Of a DNA stretch of 18,828 nt, positions 8,455-17,124 are shown piece by piece. Under the pieces are notes generated by a model. It searched no databases. It was not told the DNA's origin and saw nothing but the letters and a program-made list of their open reading frames with translations. How positions within the stretch are numbered: the first letter of the stretch is position 1; every line of letters begins with the position of its first letter. This stretch comes from Nitrospirota bacterium. Its GTDB lineage: Bacteria; Nitrospirota; UBA9217. The DNA lies in NCBI GenBank assembly GCA_963741205.1, contig CAVUHW010000047.1:1-18828 (forward strand), read 5' to 3'. A program made the position numbers and the translations under genes.

Positions 8455-8660
8455 AGTTTTTTTCGCCTCATCAATCTGCTCAATCGCGTTTTGATTATCA
8501 GGATGATGATGGCACTTCTTGTCGCCCTCCTCATAATCTTCGCATTCCCCGTTTTCGGAAGACCGGCAACGAGATGAACTGCCGCTGGCGAAAAGGATCT
8601 TCCTTTTATCAACGACCAGGATTTTTATTACTTCTTTCAACCCCTCTGTTGCGTCTTCAG
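8455..8660 (-). pseudogene. C-terminal fragment of an acetyl/acyl-CoA synthetase (AMP-binding C-terminal domain)
   Basis: Across frames: EGLKEVIKILVVDK / GRSFSPAAVHLVAGLPKTGNAKIMRR (A10-like LPKT..xKIMRR motif) / DNQNAIEQI. No N-terminal part is present. Confidence 0.65.
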
Positions 8661-8716
8661 CCGTAAAGAATTTGCATGGAGCCTTGACAGCTACCTACCG
8701 CTTGGCCAATTTTATA

Positions 8717-8757
8717 TTGCATTAGGAAAAAATGTGCTGTATATTATACAGCACATT
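8717..8757 (+). promoter_or_regulatory. vapBC promoter with a perfect palindromic operator over the -10
   Basis: TTGCAT (8717-8722), 17 bp, TATATT (8740-8745). Perfect 13-bp inverted repeat AATGTGCTGTATA-T-TATACAGCACATT (8731-8757). Confidence 0.8.
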
Positions 8758-8788
8758 AAGGGAATTGTATCGCAGGAGGGTTGGAACG

Positions 8789-9073
8789 ATGAAGACATTG
8801 CTGTCGGAAAAAAGGACGCAGGTTTATTTCCCGAAGGAGGTTTACCGGCGCATAGAGAAAAAGGCAAAGAAAGAGTCTAAATCATCCGCCGCCGTCATCA
8901 GGGAAGCCGTAGAACGATATCTTGAGGATGAGCGGGACATAGACTGGGAGAACGACCCGATATTCAAGCTGGCGGGCATCTTTGCAAGCGAAGAGGGCGA
9001 CCTTTCCATAAATCACGATCACTATCTCTATGGGGCGGAGAAGAAATCAATCAAGAGGAAAAAACATGGATAA
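8789..9073 (+). CDS. vapB: Ribbon-helix-helix (CopG-like) antitoxin, 94 aa
   Basis: AGGAGG RBS. RTQVYFP...AAVIREAVERYL RHH motif and C-terminal DLSINHDHYLY. Overlaps the downstream PIN gene. Confidence 0.85.
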   Translation: MKTLLSEKRTQVYFPKEVYRRIEKKAKKESKSSAAVIREAVERYLEDERDIDWENDPIFKLAGIFASEEGDLSINHDHYLYGAEKKSIKRKKHG

Positions 9074-9473
9074 GGTCTTCCTTGATACAAGCGGTTTGGT
9101 GGCATTTTTTGATAAAAAGGATGTTCACCACGCCGAGGCCCGCGGACTTTTTGAAAAAATAGCCCGTGAGCGGATAAGGATTATCATGACGGATTATGTC
9201 CTTAACGAGTGTATTACCATGGTTCTCATGCGGAAAAACCATGCCACCGCAGTCAAGGCGGGAGATTTTATCTTCGACAGCAAAGCCCTTGAGCTTGTCT
9301 GGCTTGACGAGGAAGTCAAACGGAAGGCCTGGGAATATTGCAAAAGGCACTCGGACAAAAACTATTCTTTTACGGATTGCACCAGCTTTGTGCTCATGAA
9401 GGAAGTGAAGGTGACGAAATACCTGTCATTCGACGATCATTTCAAACAGGCTGGATTCACGGCCCTGGTATGA
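9066..9473 (+). CDS. vapC: PIN-domain ribonuclease toxin, 135 aa
   Basis: VFLDTS, VLNE, YSFTDCTSF and SFDDHF supply the acidic PIN residues. ATG 9066 overlaps the antitoxin end. Confidence 0.92.
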   Translation: MDKVFLDTSGLVAFFDKKDVHHAEARGLFEKIARERIRIIMTDYVLNECITMVLMRKNHATAVKAGDFIFDSKALELVWLDEEVKRKAWEYCKRHSDKNYSFTDCTSFVLMKEVKVTKYLSFDDHFKQAGFTALV

Positions 9474-9589
9474 TACTTGTAATGATGTGGTTACGGATGT
9501 TCCGTCCCACCCTGGCAGTCTGCTGTGTTCTTGCCTTTGCAGTTGCAATATCCTCTATTCTTCGGAATTCCTCAAGTTACAAACGGTAT

Positions 9590-12088
9590 TCATTTTCCCC
9601 GGCCGTCAGTGGCCGCCTTCGCCTGCCAGATGCGGGCGCAGTACTCTCGGATCGAGCGGTCCGAAGAGAACCTGCCCATGCGCGCAGTATTCAAGATTGA
9701 CATGGCCGTCCATCGCTGCTGGTCCCGGAACGCTTCAGAGACCCGATCCTGGCAATCGACATAGGATTGGTAATCCGCGAGCACCAGGTACTCGTCGCGG
9801 CGCAGGAGCGAATCAAGCAGGGGCATGAAGAGATTCCGGTCGCCCCGGGAAAAGAGGCCCGAGGCGAGCGCATCGATGACTTCCTTCAGTTCAGGGTTTG
9901 ATTTGTAGCTCGCGAGCGGGTCGCAACCGCAGGACATTATACTTTCGACTTCTTCCGTCATGAGGCCGAAGAGGAAGAAGTTCTCATCCCCGACCTCCCT
10001 CCATATCTCTATATTCGCGCCGTCCAGCGTTCCGATGGTGACGGCACCGTTCATCGAAAACTTCATGTTCCCGGTGCCCGAGGCCTCCTTGCCTGCCAGA
10101 GAGATCTGTTCCGAAAGGTCTGCGGCAGGATAAATCCTCTGGGCGTTCATCACGTTAAAGTCGGGAAAGAAGACCACCTTGAGGCGGCCTTTGACAGCGG
10201 GATCGGCGTTCACGACCTCTGCCACGGAATTGATCAGCTTGATGATCAGCTTGGCCATGAAGTAGCCTGGAGCTGCCTTGCCGCCGAAAATCACGGTCCG
10301 CGGCACGATTTCGATGTTTGGGTTATTCCTGATACGGTTGTAAAGCGTGATTACGTGAAAGATGTTCATGTGCTGGCGTTTGTATTCATGGATGCGCTTG
10401 ACCTGAACGTCGAAAAGCGTTGCGGGATCAACGATGACTCCGGTCCGTTCCTTGATTACTGCTGCGAGGGCTTCCTTGTTCATCTGCTTGACACGCTGCC
10501 AGTCCCTCCGGAACTCCGGGTCCTGCGCAAAGGGCTCCAGTTTGCGCACCTCCTTTTCAAGGTTCCTGATCCAGTCCTCTCCGATTCTGCCCGTGATGAG
10601 CCGGGCGAGCCCTGGGTTGCTCCGTGCGATCCAGCGCCTCGGCGTCACACCGTTGGTCACGTTGTGGAACCGCTCGGGATACATTTCAAAAAAATCGCGC
10701 AACACGGTCCGCTTCAGCAGCGTGGTGTGCAAAGCCGCAACGCCGTTGATGGCGTGGCAGCCGACGCTCGCCAGATTCGCCATGCGTACGAACTTGTCGC
10801 AGCTCTCGTCGATAAGCGACAGGCGGATCACGCGATTGTCGTCGTTCGGGAATTTCAGGCGTACTTCATTCAGGAACCTCCGGTTGATCTCGTAGATGAT
10901 CTCGAGGTGCCTCGGCAGGATGGCGGCAAAGAGCGGCAAAGACCACTTTTCGAGCGCTTCCGGCAGAAGGGTGTGATTGGTGTAGGCCAGCGTGCTCTGC
11001 GTGATGCGCCATGCCTTGTCCCATTCCATCAGGTGCTCGTCCACGAGAAGCCTCATCAACTCTGCCACGGCTATGGACGGATGGGTGTCGTTGAGCTGGA
11101 CGGCAAAGCTCTCGGAAAAATTATCGAGGCTGGTGTTGCCCCGCAGAAAGTGTAAGCGGATCATGTCCTGGAGCGAGCAGGAGACGAAGAAGTATTGCTG
11201 CGCAAGGCGGAGCTGCTTGCCGATGAGAGGCTCATCATTCGGATAGAGGACCTTGCTGATGGTTTCGGAAATGACCTTCTCGTCCACGGCCTTGTAGTAG
11301 TCTCCCACGTTGAACGCCTGAAAATCGAAGGACTCAACAGCCTCGGATTTCCAGAGCCGGAGAATGTTCGTCATGCTCGCGTGATAGCCGGCAACGGGCG
11401 TGTCGTAGGCGACTCCCTTGATCACCCGGCTCGGCACCCAGCGTACCCTGAACCGGCCCTGATCATCCCAATAGTGCTCGGTGCGTCCTCCGCCCTTCAC
11501 GGAAAAGACGATCTCGGGGCGGCAGATCTCCCAGGGGTTGCCCAAGCGTAGCCACTTGTCTGTTTTTTCCACCTGCCAGCCGTCACAGATCTCCTGGTCG
11601 AAGATGCCGAATTCGTACCGGACTCCATACCCGATTGCGGGCACCTGGAGTGTCGCGAGAGAATCCAGGTAGCAGGCAGCAAGTCTGCCGAGGCCGCCGC
11701 TGCCGAGCCCAGGCTCTGCCTCCTGCCGGAGCAGCGCCTCCATATCGAGCCCCAGTTCCGTTACAGCCTGTTGGGCCTGCTCCCGGATGCCGAGATTTAT
11801 CAGGTTATTGCCGAGGTGGGGTCCCATGAGATACTCAGCGGACAAGTAGCTTACGATCTTCAGGTCCTTCCTGCCCCGATGTATATTCGACTTAAGCCAG
11901 TTGTCGAGCATCCGGTCACGGACGGTGTAAGCAAGGGCCATGTACCAGTCGTTGAGGGTCGCTGTTTGAGGGATGCGGGCCTGGCTGAAATAGAGATTGT
12001 CCAGAATCGATTGCTTGATCTCTGCGGGATCGTCCCCCGTCCGGACGTTCCCGCTCCTGCCATGGCTGTCCTCCATGCTTTGTGTCAT
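9590..12088 (-). CDS. glgP: Glycogen/starch/alpha-glucan phosphorylase
   Basis: GLGxGGLGRLAAC, QLNDTHP, QVKRIHEYKRQ, PLP-binding EASGTGNMKF and FSSDRSIREY; AAGGAGG RBS. Confidence 0.98.
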   Translation of the reverse strand: MTQSMEDSHGRSGNVRTGDDPAEIKQSILDNLYFSQARIPQTATLNDWYMALAYTVRDRMLDNWLKSNIHRGRKDLKIVSYLSAEYLMGPHLGNNLINLGIREQAQQAVTELGLDMEALLRQEAEPGLGSGGLGRLAACYLDSLATLQVPAIGYGVRYEFGIFDQEICDGWQVEKTDKWLRLGNPWEICRPEIVFSVKGGGRTEHYWDDQGRFRVRWVPSRVIKGVAYDTPVAGYHASMTNILRLWKSEAVESFDFQAFNVGDYYKAVDEKVISETISKVLYPNDEPLIGKQLRLAQQYFFVSCSLQDMIRLHFLRGNTSLDNFSESFAVQLNDTHPSIAVAELMRLLVDEHLMEWDKAWRITQSTLAYTNHTLLPEALEKWSLPLFAAILPRHLEIIYEINRRFLNEVRLKFPNDDNRVIRLSLIDESCDKFVRMANLASVGCHAINGVAALHTTLLKRTVLRDFFEMYPERFHNVTNGVTPRRWIARSNPGLARLITGRIGEDWIRNLEKEVRKLEPFAQDPEFRRDWQRVKQMNKEALAAVIKERTGVIVDPATLFDVQVKRIHEYKRQHMNIFHVITLYNRIRNNPNIEIVPRTVIFGGKAAPGYFMAKLIIKLINSVAEVVNADPAVKGRLKVVFFPDFNVMNAQRIYPAADLSEQISLAGKEASGTGNMKFSMNGAVTIGTLDGANIEIWREVGDENFFLFGLMTEEVESIMSCGCDPLASYKSNPELKEVIDALASGLFSRGDRNLFMPLLDSLLRRDEYLVLADYQSYVDCQDRVSEAFRDQQRWTAMSILNTARMGRFSSDRSIREYCARIWQAKAATDGRGK

Positions 12089-12237
12089 GCAGCCTCCTTT
12101 TTTATAGTATGCCCCCCTTGACCCGTTTCCCGAGGACGGCCAGTGTCTACCTTGATGTCATTCTCCAGGCTATTTCCCGGTCAACTAACTGGAAACTGGT
12201 GGAAAGTTGGGCTCTACCAGGCAGGTGTTCATAATTG

Positions 12238-12266
12238 AGGATAGATCAATCACGGAAGGGTGTCAA
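12238..12266 (-). promoter_or_regulatory. Putative sigma70 promoter for glgP (~145-nt leader)
   Basis: Minus strand TTGACA (12266-12261), 17 bp, TATCCT (12243-12238). Confidence 0.6.
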
Positions 12267-12373
12267 GATAAGGTGTAATGAGCCATGGGAAATGAAGGGA
12301 AACGGCGGGGATAAAGGGAAGCGCTGCGGAATTTGCTCATTCCTTCCTTTTTTATCTCTCACCAAAAAAATAT

Positions 12374-12401
12374 TTGACAGGTGCAACAAATTGGCTATAA
12401 T
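12374..12401 (+). promoter_or_regulatory. Sigma70 promoter of the multiheme cytochrome operon
   Basis: TTGACA (12374-12379), 16 bp, TATAAT (12396-12401), preceded by an A-tract. Confidence 0.75.
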
Positions 12402-12470
12402 GTCGTGTCGACTTTCACTGCTCTGACGGGGCGTGGAACACAGGTTAAATTGTTCTGGGGGGAAACGAAG

Positions 12471-13835
12471 GTGGGGAAAAAACAATTATTATTGAGTGTC
12501 TTGGCTGCGCTGGCCTTCGCGCTGCCGATATACGGCGCCGCCGGCCGCGTTGTTGCCCTGGGAAATGAAGCCACTCCGGCAAAGGATTCCTGTGTGACCG
12601 CCAGTTGTCATGCTGCCATGGGGAAGGAAAAGTTCGTCCATGGGCCAGTGGCGGTGGGTGATTGTACCTCCTGTCATAAGCAGAAGGCAAAGCATAAGTT
12701 CGAACCGATAACGGATGTGGGCAAGCTCTGTTCGCAGTGCCACGAGCAGATGAACACGAAGAAGTTCGTCCATGCGCCCGTGAAGAAGGGTAACTGTACG
12801 AAGTGCCACGACCCTCATCAGTCCCCAAACAAGTTTCAGCTCCGCGCCCCCGGGGGCGATCTCTGCTTTCTCTGTCACAATAAATCACTCGTGGCCGGAA
12901 AATACGTCCACGGTCCCGCTGCCGTCGGAAGCTGCAGCGCCTGCCACGCCGTTCACCAGAGCGATTTTCCGAAGATGCTCGTTGCGGAAGTAAATGACGT
13001 CTGCTTCACCTGCCATGCGGACAAGGCCAATACCCTGAAAAGCGCGAAGCACATTCATACGCCGGTGAAGCAGAGCTGCGTGAATTGCCATAGTCCTCAC
13101 AGCGCTAATTTCCGGTACAATCTCAACGCCGAGAATACGCGCGGGCTTTGCCTGACCTGCCACATGGACAAGGACGCGGAAATCAGGGAGGCGACCGTGC
13201 CGCACAAGGGGCTCGATACAGACAGAAAGTGCCTTGCCTGCCACGACGCCCATGCCTCGAACAACGTAAAGCAGCTGTTAAAACCACCGATGGACCTCTG
13301 CCTCAGCTGCCATGACAGGGAATACAACGGACAGAACGGGCGGATCGCGAACATGAAGGCGATCCTCGAGAGCAACTCCGACCGCCACGGCCCGATTAAG
13401 CAGGGCGACTGCTCGGGCTGTCACAATCCTCACGGGTCCAAGAATTTCAGAATACTGCGCGAATTCTACCCGCAGCTCTTCTACGCCGGCTACAACCCCG
13501 ACAATTACAAGCTTTGCTTTATGTGCCATGAAAAGACCATCGCCAGCGACGAGAGCACCACGACACTCACGAATTTCAGAAACGGCAGCCAAAACCTGCA
13601 TTTTGTCCACGTCAATAAAGCAGTGAAAGGCCGCACGTGCCGGGCGTGCCACGACGCGCATGCCACGAACAACCCGAGGCATATTCGCGATAAAGTGCCT
13701 TTTGCGACTTGGCAGCTGCCGGTAGGCTTTAAGAAAACGGAATCCGGCGGGAGCTGTCAACCGGGTTGCCATCAGAAATTCTCTTACGACAGGGTCAAGC
13801 CGGTGGTCAATAAGCCGCCGGCCGCCGCGCGCTAG
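12471..13835 (+). CDS. Exported multiheme c-type cytochrome, ~15 hemes (13 CxxCH, 1 CX4CH, 1 CX3CH), paired-CXXCH repeat type
   Basis: GTG start after a G-rich RBS gives a signal peptide (MGKKQLLLSVLAALAFAL). Repeating H.PV...C..CH.PH.S...L...C..CH units; terminal CVTASCH and CQPGCH. Confidence 0.93.
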   Translation: MGKKQLLLSVLAALAFALPIYGAAGRVVALGNEATPAKDSCVTASCHAAMGKEKFVHGPVAVGDCTSCHKQKAKHKFEPITDVGKLCSQCHEQMNTKKFVHAPVKKGNCTKCHDPHQSPNKFQLRAPGGDLCFLCHNKSLVAGKYVHGPAAVGSCSACHAVHQSDFPKMLVAEVNDVCFTCHADKANTLKSAKHIHTPVKQSCVNCHSPHSANFRYNLNAENTRGLCLTCHMDKDAEIREATVPHKGLDTDRKCLACHDAHASNNVKQLLKPPMDLCLSCHDREYNGQNGRIANMKAILESNSDRHGPIKQGDCSGCHNPHGSKNFRILREFYPQLFYAGYNPDNYKLCFMCHEKTIASDESTTTLTNFRNGSQNLHFVHVNKAVKGRTCRACHDAHATNNPRHIRDKVPFATWQLPVGFKKTESGGSCQPGCHQKFSYDRVKPVVNKPPAAAR

Positions 13836-13861
13836 GTGATTTTTTTTAGAGGGATGGGGAA

Positions 13862-14389
13862 ATGATGCCGCGATCCGGTCGTCAATCAATCACGATCTGC
13901 ATCGTTGTTTTTTGGGCTTTCCTGGCGCTTTTGCCTCCTGCTGCATGGGGAGTTGATGGCACGGGTGAGACAAAAGATGCGGCGGTGACACAAGCTACCA
14001 CGACGGCTGAAAATAACGGCAAGATCGAGGAGGAGCTTGCTGCAGCCAGAACGGCCGTCAAGACAGACCCCTCCGACGCACAGCTCCGTGTCCAGTTGGG
14101 CCAGCTCCTTTTACGCAAGGGAGACCTTGACGGGGCCAAAAGTTCCTTTGACGAGGCCCTGAAGCTCAATCCCCGATCGAGCAGCGCAAAGACCGGAAAA
14201 GGGATCGTCCTGGCGCGGAAGGGACAGCTGGCGGAAGCCGAACTGGCGCTGAAGGACGCCCTGCTCCTGAACCCGAACCCGGTTTTGACCCACTATGAAC
14301 TCGGTCTTGTTTATGAGAGGCTCGGCGACCTGAACAAGGCCGTCGCGGAGTTCAAAGAGGGGATCAGAAAGCACGAGCAGGGGAGATGA
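13862..14389 (+). CDS. Exported TPR-repeat protein
   Basis: Signal peptide ending AWG and three to four TPR motifs (LGQLL...A...FDEALKLNP; HYELGLVY...A...F). Confidence 0.88.
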   Translation: MMPRSGRQSITICIVVFWAFLALLPPAAWGVDGTGETKDAAVTQATTTAENNGKIEEELAAARTAVKTDPSDAQLRVQLGQLLLRKGDLDGAKSSFDEALKLNPRSSSAKTGKGIVLARKGQLAEAELALKDALLLNPNPVLTHYELGLVYERLGDLNKAVAEFKEGIRKHEQGR

Positions 14390-14459
14390 TCCCGCGCCTG
14401 AAAACCGTCTGCGCGTGATGCTGAAGGGGATCCGCGGGCCGAGGGAGAACCGCTGTCCT

Positions 14460-15574
14460 ATGCCTTTTCGCCTGAAACGAGCACTGATCATGACGGTCTT
14501 CGCAGCCTTCTACGGGGTCCTCTCCTTCGCTCCCGCCGCAGCCACCCTGCAATCCCTCCAGACCGGCATGCAGGCGCCTGATTTTTCCCTCAAAACCATC
14601 AACGGCGAGGCGAAATCATTCGCCGATGTCAAAGGGGGAGAAGCTCACCGTTCTTGTCTTCTGGTCAACGTGGAATCCGAAATCAGAAAAAATATTGGCG
14701 AGGATGCAGCAGCTCCATGAGAAATACAAGCGGCAGGGCCTTTCGGTCATCGGCGTGAATGCCGACGGTCAGAATGTCTCCGACGAGACGCTTGCCGCGA
14801 TACGGGCCTTTTCGGAGAAGCTTAAAATTAGGCTTCCCCATCCTCATCGACCGCGGACTGGTCGCCTTCCATGATTACGGCGTGATCGCCCTCCCGTCGA
14901 CCGTAATCCTGAACGGGGAGAGGGTCATCTCCTTTGAACTGTCGGGGTATCCGCTCATGGGGGCCGAAACGCTGGACGAATTTGTAGCATCGACCATTGA
15001 AGGGAAAAAAGCGGCTTCCGCAGTGGCGAAGGCCGGCTACCAGCCGGGCACAAGCGCCCTCCGTTTTTACAACATGGGCAAGACCGCCCTGAAATCGAGG
15101 CGCACGGCCGATACTGCCGAGATGTGGTTCAAGAAGGCAATGGAAGCGGATGCAGGATTCGTGCTTCCTTATTTGAGCCTGGGCACCCTGTATCTGGAGC
15201 GGGGGGATGCGGCGCTTGCGAAGGGGGCGTTTAACGAGGCGCTCGTCCGGGAGCCGGAAAATCCCATCGCCCTCTGTGAATTGGGCATGATCCTGGTGAA
15301 CGAGGGGAAGGGAAAGGAAGGCACCGCCTTGTTTGAAAAGGCCAGGAAGGTGGAAGAGACCTATGCCCCCTGCTACTACTACGCCGGATATGCCTACGGG
15401 AAAGAGGGCATGCTGGCGGACGCGCTCAAGATGTTCGATGAGGCCGAAAAAATGAACCCGAACGACTATAAGAACTTTGTTTACAAAGGCAGGGTTTTCG
15501 AGGGGCAAAAGGACCAGAGGAATGCTTTTGAAGCATATAAAAAGGCTCTTGAAATTATTCTCCAGCTCAACTGA
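14460..15574 (+). CDS. Exported TlpA/redoxin-fold + TPR fusion lacking the CxxC motif, ~370 aa, with two +1 frameshifts (G-run at ~14636, A-run at ~14826)
   Basis: Signal peptide, GMQAPDFSLKTING, KLTVLVFWSTWNPKS, GLSVIGVN, FPILID, YGVIALPSTVIL, then TPRs. Removing two bases gives one 371-codon frame. Confidence 0.85.
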
Positions 15575-15597
15575 ATCGCGCCTGTCCCTTTTAAAAA

Positions 15598-16620
15598 ATG
15601 CCGCCTGCGTACCGCAGGGGAAGGGACTTTCTTTTGCTCATGGCGGCTGCTTGCGCCCTCGTGTTCTTCTTCTCACACCCGGGAACGTCCATTGCCGGCG
15701 GTTTGACCATCGTAGTCCCGCCGGACAGGTCAGTCGTCGAGGGCGAGTTGGTCACGCTTGTTCTAAAAGCGTGGTCGACCGAGGTCGACGAAATACAGAT
15801 CTTTGTCAATAACAGAAAACAGCCCGTTGCCGCGAAACATTTTGACCAGTCCGTGGTCTGCTACGACGGGGTCCGTCTTTCGAACGGTCTGAACAGTATC
15901 AAGGTCATTGCCTTGAAGAAAGGCAAAAAGAACCAGGAAGCGACGGTCAAGGTATTTCAACGCTCCGACCTCTCATCGGCTTCGAGCGACGCTCCGGCCG
16001 GATACACGAGGTTTTTCTTCCATGTCGACAAAAACGAAAAAGAATGCCTCTCCTGCCATGATCTTGATTTCCGGAAGGAGGGCGCGAAGCAGGGGGGAGG
16101 TCCTGACCAGTCTCCCTGCTCGTTGTGCCATAAAAAGATCCTGAGCGGCCATACATTCGTCCACGGCCCGTCTGCTGTATGGTCCTGCCTCATGTGCCAC
16201 GACGGAAAATCACAGGACTCGAAATTGGCCGTCAACAAGCCTGTAGATAAACTCTGCGCGAATTGCCATGAAAACGACTGGGAGCAAAAGAAGTACAGAC
16301 ACGCCCCGGCAGCCGCCGGCTTATGCACCACCTGCCATAATCCTCATGCGGCGGATGCACCGTATTTTCTGAGGTCGGGGGTCGTGGCACTCTGCGCGTC
16401 GTGCCATGAAGAAGTATTCTCCCGGCCTCACGTTGTCGTCAGCTTTTCGGGCAACAGCGGACATCCCCTGCAAAAGAGCCCCAATCCTTTAAATCCCGGG
16501 ACCGACTTAACCTGCGTTTCCTGCCATAACCCTCATGCCGGTAATTCGAATTTTTTTCTCAACGGCTACGACGAGGCCAAACCGCGGCAGCAATTCTGCC
16601 AATCCTGCCATAAAAAGTGA
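15598..16620 (+). CDS. Octaheme c-type cytochrome with an N-terminal Ig-like domain
   Basis: Signal peptide, a beta-sandwich-like segment (IFVN...LSNGLNSIKVIA) and eight CxxCH motifs (CLSCH, CSLCH, CLMCH, CANCH, CTTCH, CASCH, CVSCH, CQSCH). Confidence 0.92.
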   Translation: MPPAYRRGRDFLLLMAAACALVFFFSHPGTSIAGGLTIVVPPDRSVVEGELVTLVLKAWSTEVDEIQIFVNNRKQPVAAKHFDQSVVCYDGVRLSNGLNSIKVIALKKGKKNQEATVKVFQRSDLSSASSDAPAGYTRFFFHVDKNEKECLSCHDLDFRKEGAKQGGGPDQSPCSLCHKKILSGHTFVHGPSAVWSCLMCHDGKSQDSKLAVNKPVDKLCANCHENDWEQKKYRHAPAAAGLCTTCHNPHAADAPYFLRSGVVALCASCHEEVFSRPHVVVSFSGNSGHPLQKSPNPLNPGTDLTCVSCHNPHAGNSNFFLNGYDEAKPRQQFCQSCHKK

Positions 16621-17021
16621 CGGCTTTTCATACCATGAATGACGCCGAGATGCGGTCCCTGCTCATCGATTACATGAAGAGGGGTTTTCTGGACAACATC
16701 ATCGCCCTGTTCCGTCAGGACGCGTCGCTGTTCCCGTTCATCGCCGATATGCTCGGCGATGACAATATCCGGGTCCGTCTCGGCGCGACGGCGCTGGTTG
16801 AAGAGCTTGTTCGGGAGCGCCGGACCGGGCTTAAGGACGCGGTCCCGGGTCTCATGAAGCTCCTCGCGCACGAGAACCCGACGATCAGGGGAGATGCCGC
16901 TTCGGTTCTCGGCATCATCGGGGACCCGGGTGCAAAGGAAGCTCTCGACGCATGCTTGAAGGACGACGGTCATGCGGGGGTCAGGGAAGCGGCCAGGGAA
17001 GCGCTGGAGGAAATCGGGTGA
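16617..17021 (+). CDS. HEAT-repeat (PBS-lyase-like) protein; alternative start at 16635
   Basis: D..IRVRLGA, ENPTIRGDAASVLGIIG and DGHAGVREAAREALEEI; GTGA overlap with the upstream stop. Confidence 0.85.
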   Translation: MTAFHTMNDAEMRSLLIDYMKRGFLDNIIALFRQDASLFPFIADMLGDDNIRVRLGATALVEELVRERRTGLKDAVPGLMKLLAHENPTIRGDAASVLGIIGDPGAKEALDACLKDDGHAGVREAAREALEEIG

Positions 17022-17096
17022 CGGACCGACGATGGTCCCGGGATACAACCTTCCTTCCTGATTCTTTTCACGCTCAGCCTCATCCCGCTGTTTTGC

Positions 17097-17124
17097 TTGA
17101 CAAACGCGCTGGAGATGTTATCCT
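17097..17124 (+). promoter_or_regulatory. Putative sigma70 promoter upstream of a GC-rich structured segment
   Basis: TTGACA (17097-17102), 16 bp, TATCCT (17119-17124) with an extended TG. Confidence 0.5.

Noticed and set aside
8272-8689. Possible MITE bounded by TGTCAAG at 8272 and CTTGACA ending at 8689
   Set aside because: Only 7 bp match, the right side lacks the subterminal repeats, and no target duplication is visible.
8737-8751. CTGT...ACAG resembling an E. coli-type LexA SOS box
   Set aside because: The spacer is 7 nt, not 8, and the motif is part of a longer palindrome better explained as the VapB operator.
9338-12121. Numerous ORFs overlapping glgP, and similar ones within the STAND and cytochrome genes
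   Set aside because: Antisense or alternate-frame shadows of GC-rich coding sequence with no domain signatures.
12235-12249. FNR/CRP-like box TTGAGGATAGATCAA
   Set aside because: The spacing is one base too long and the left half-site is mismatched; the sequence coincides with the glgP -10 region.
12381-12470. ORF-track N-terminal extension of the 15-heme cytochrome
   Set aside because: It overlaps the promoter; GTG 12471 has an RBS and gives a proper signal peptide. The extensions at 7232, 8732 and 9030 were rejected for similar reasons.
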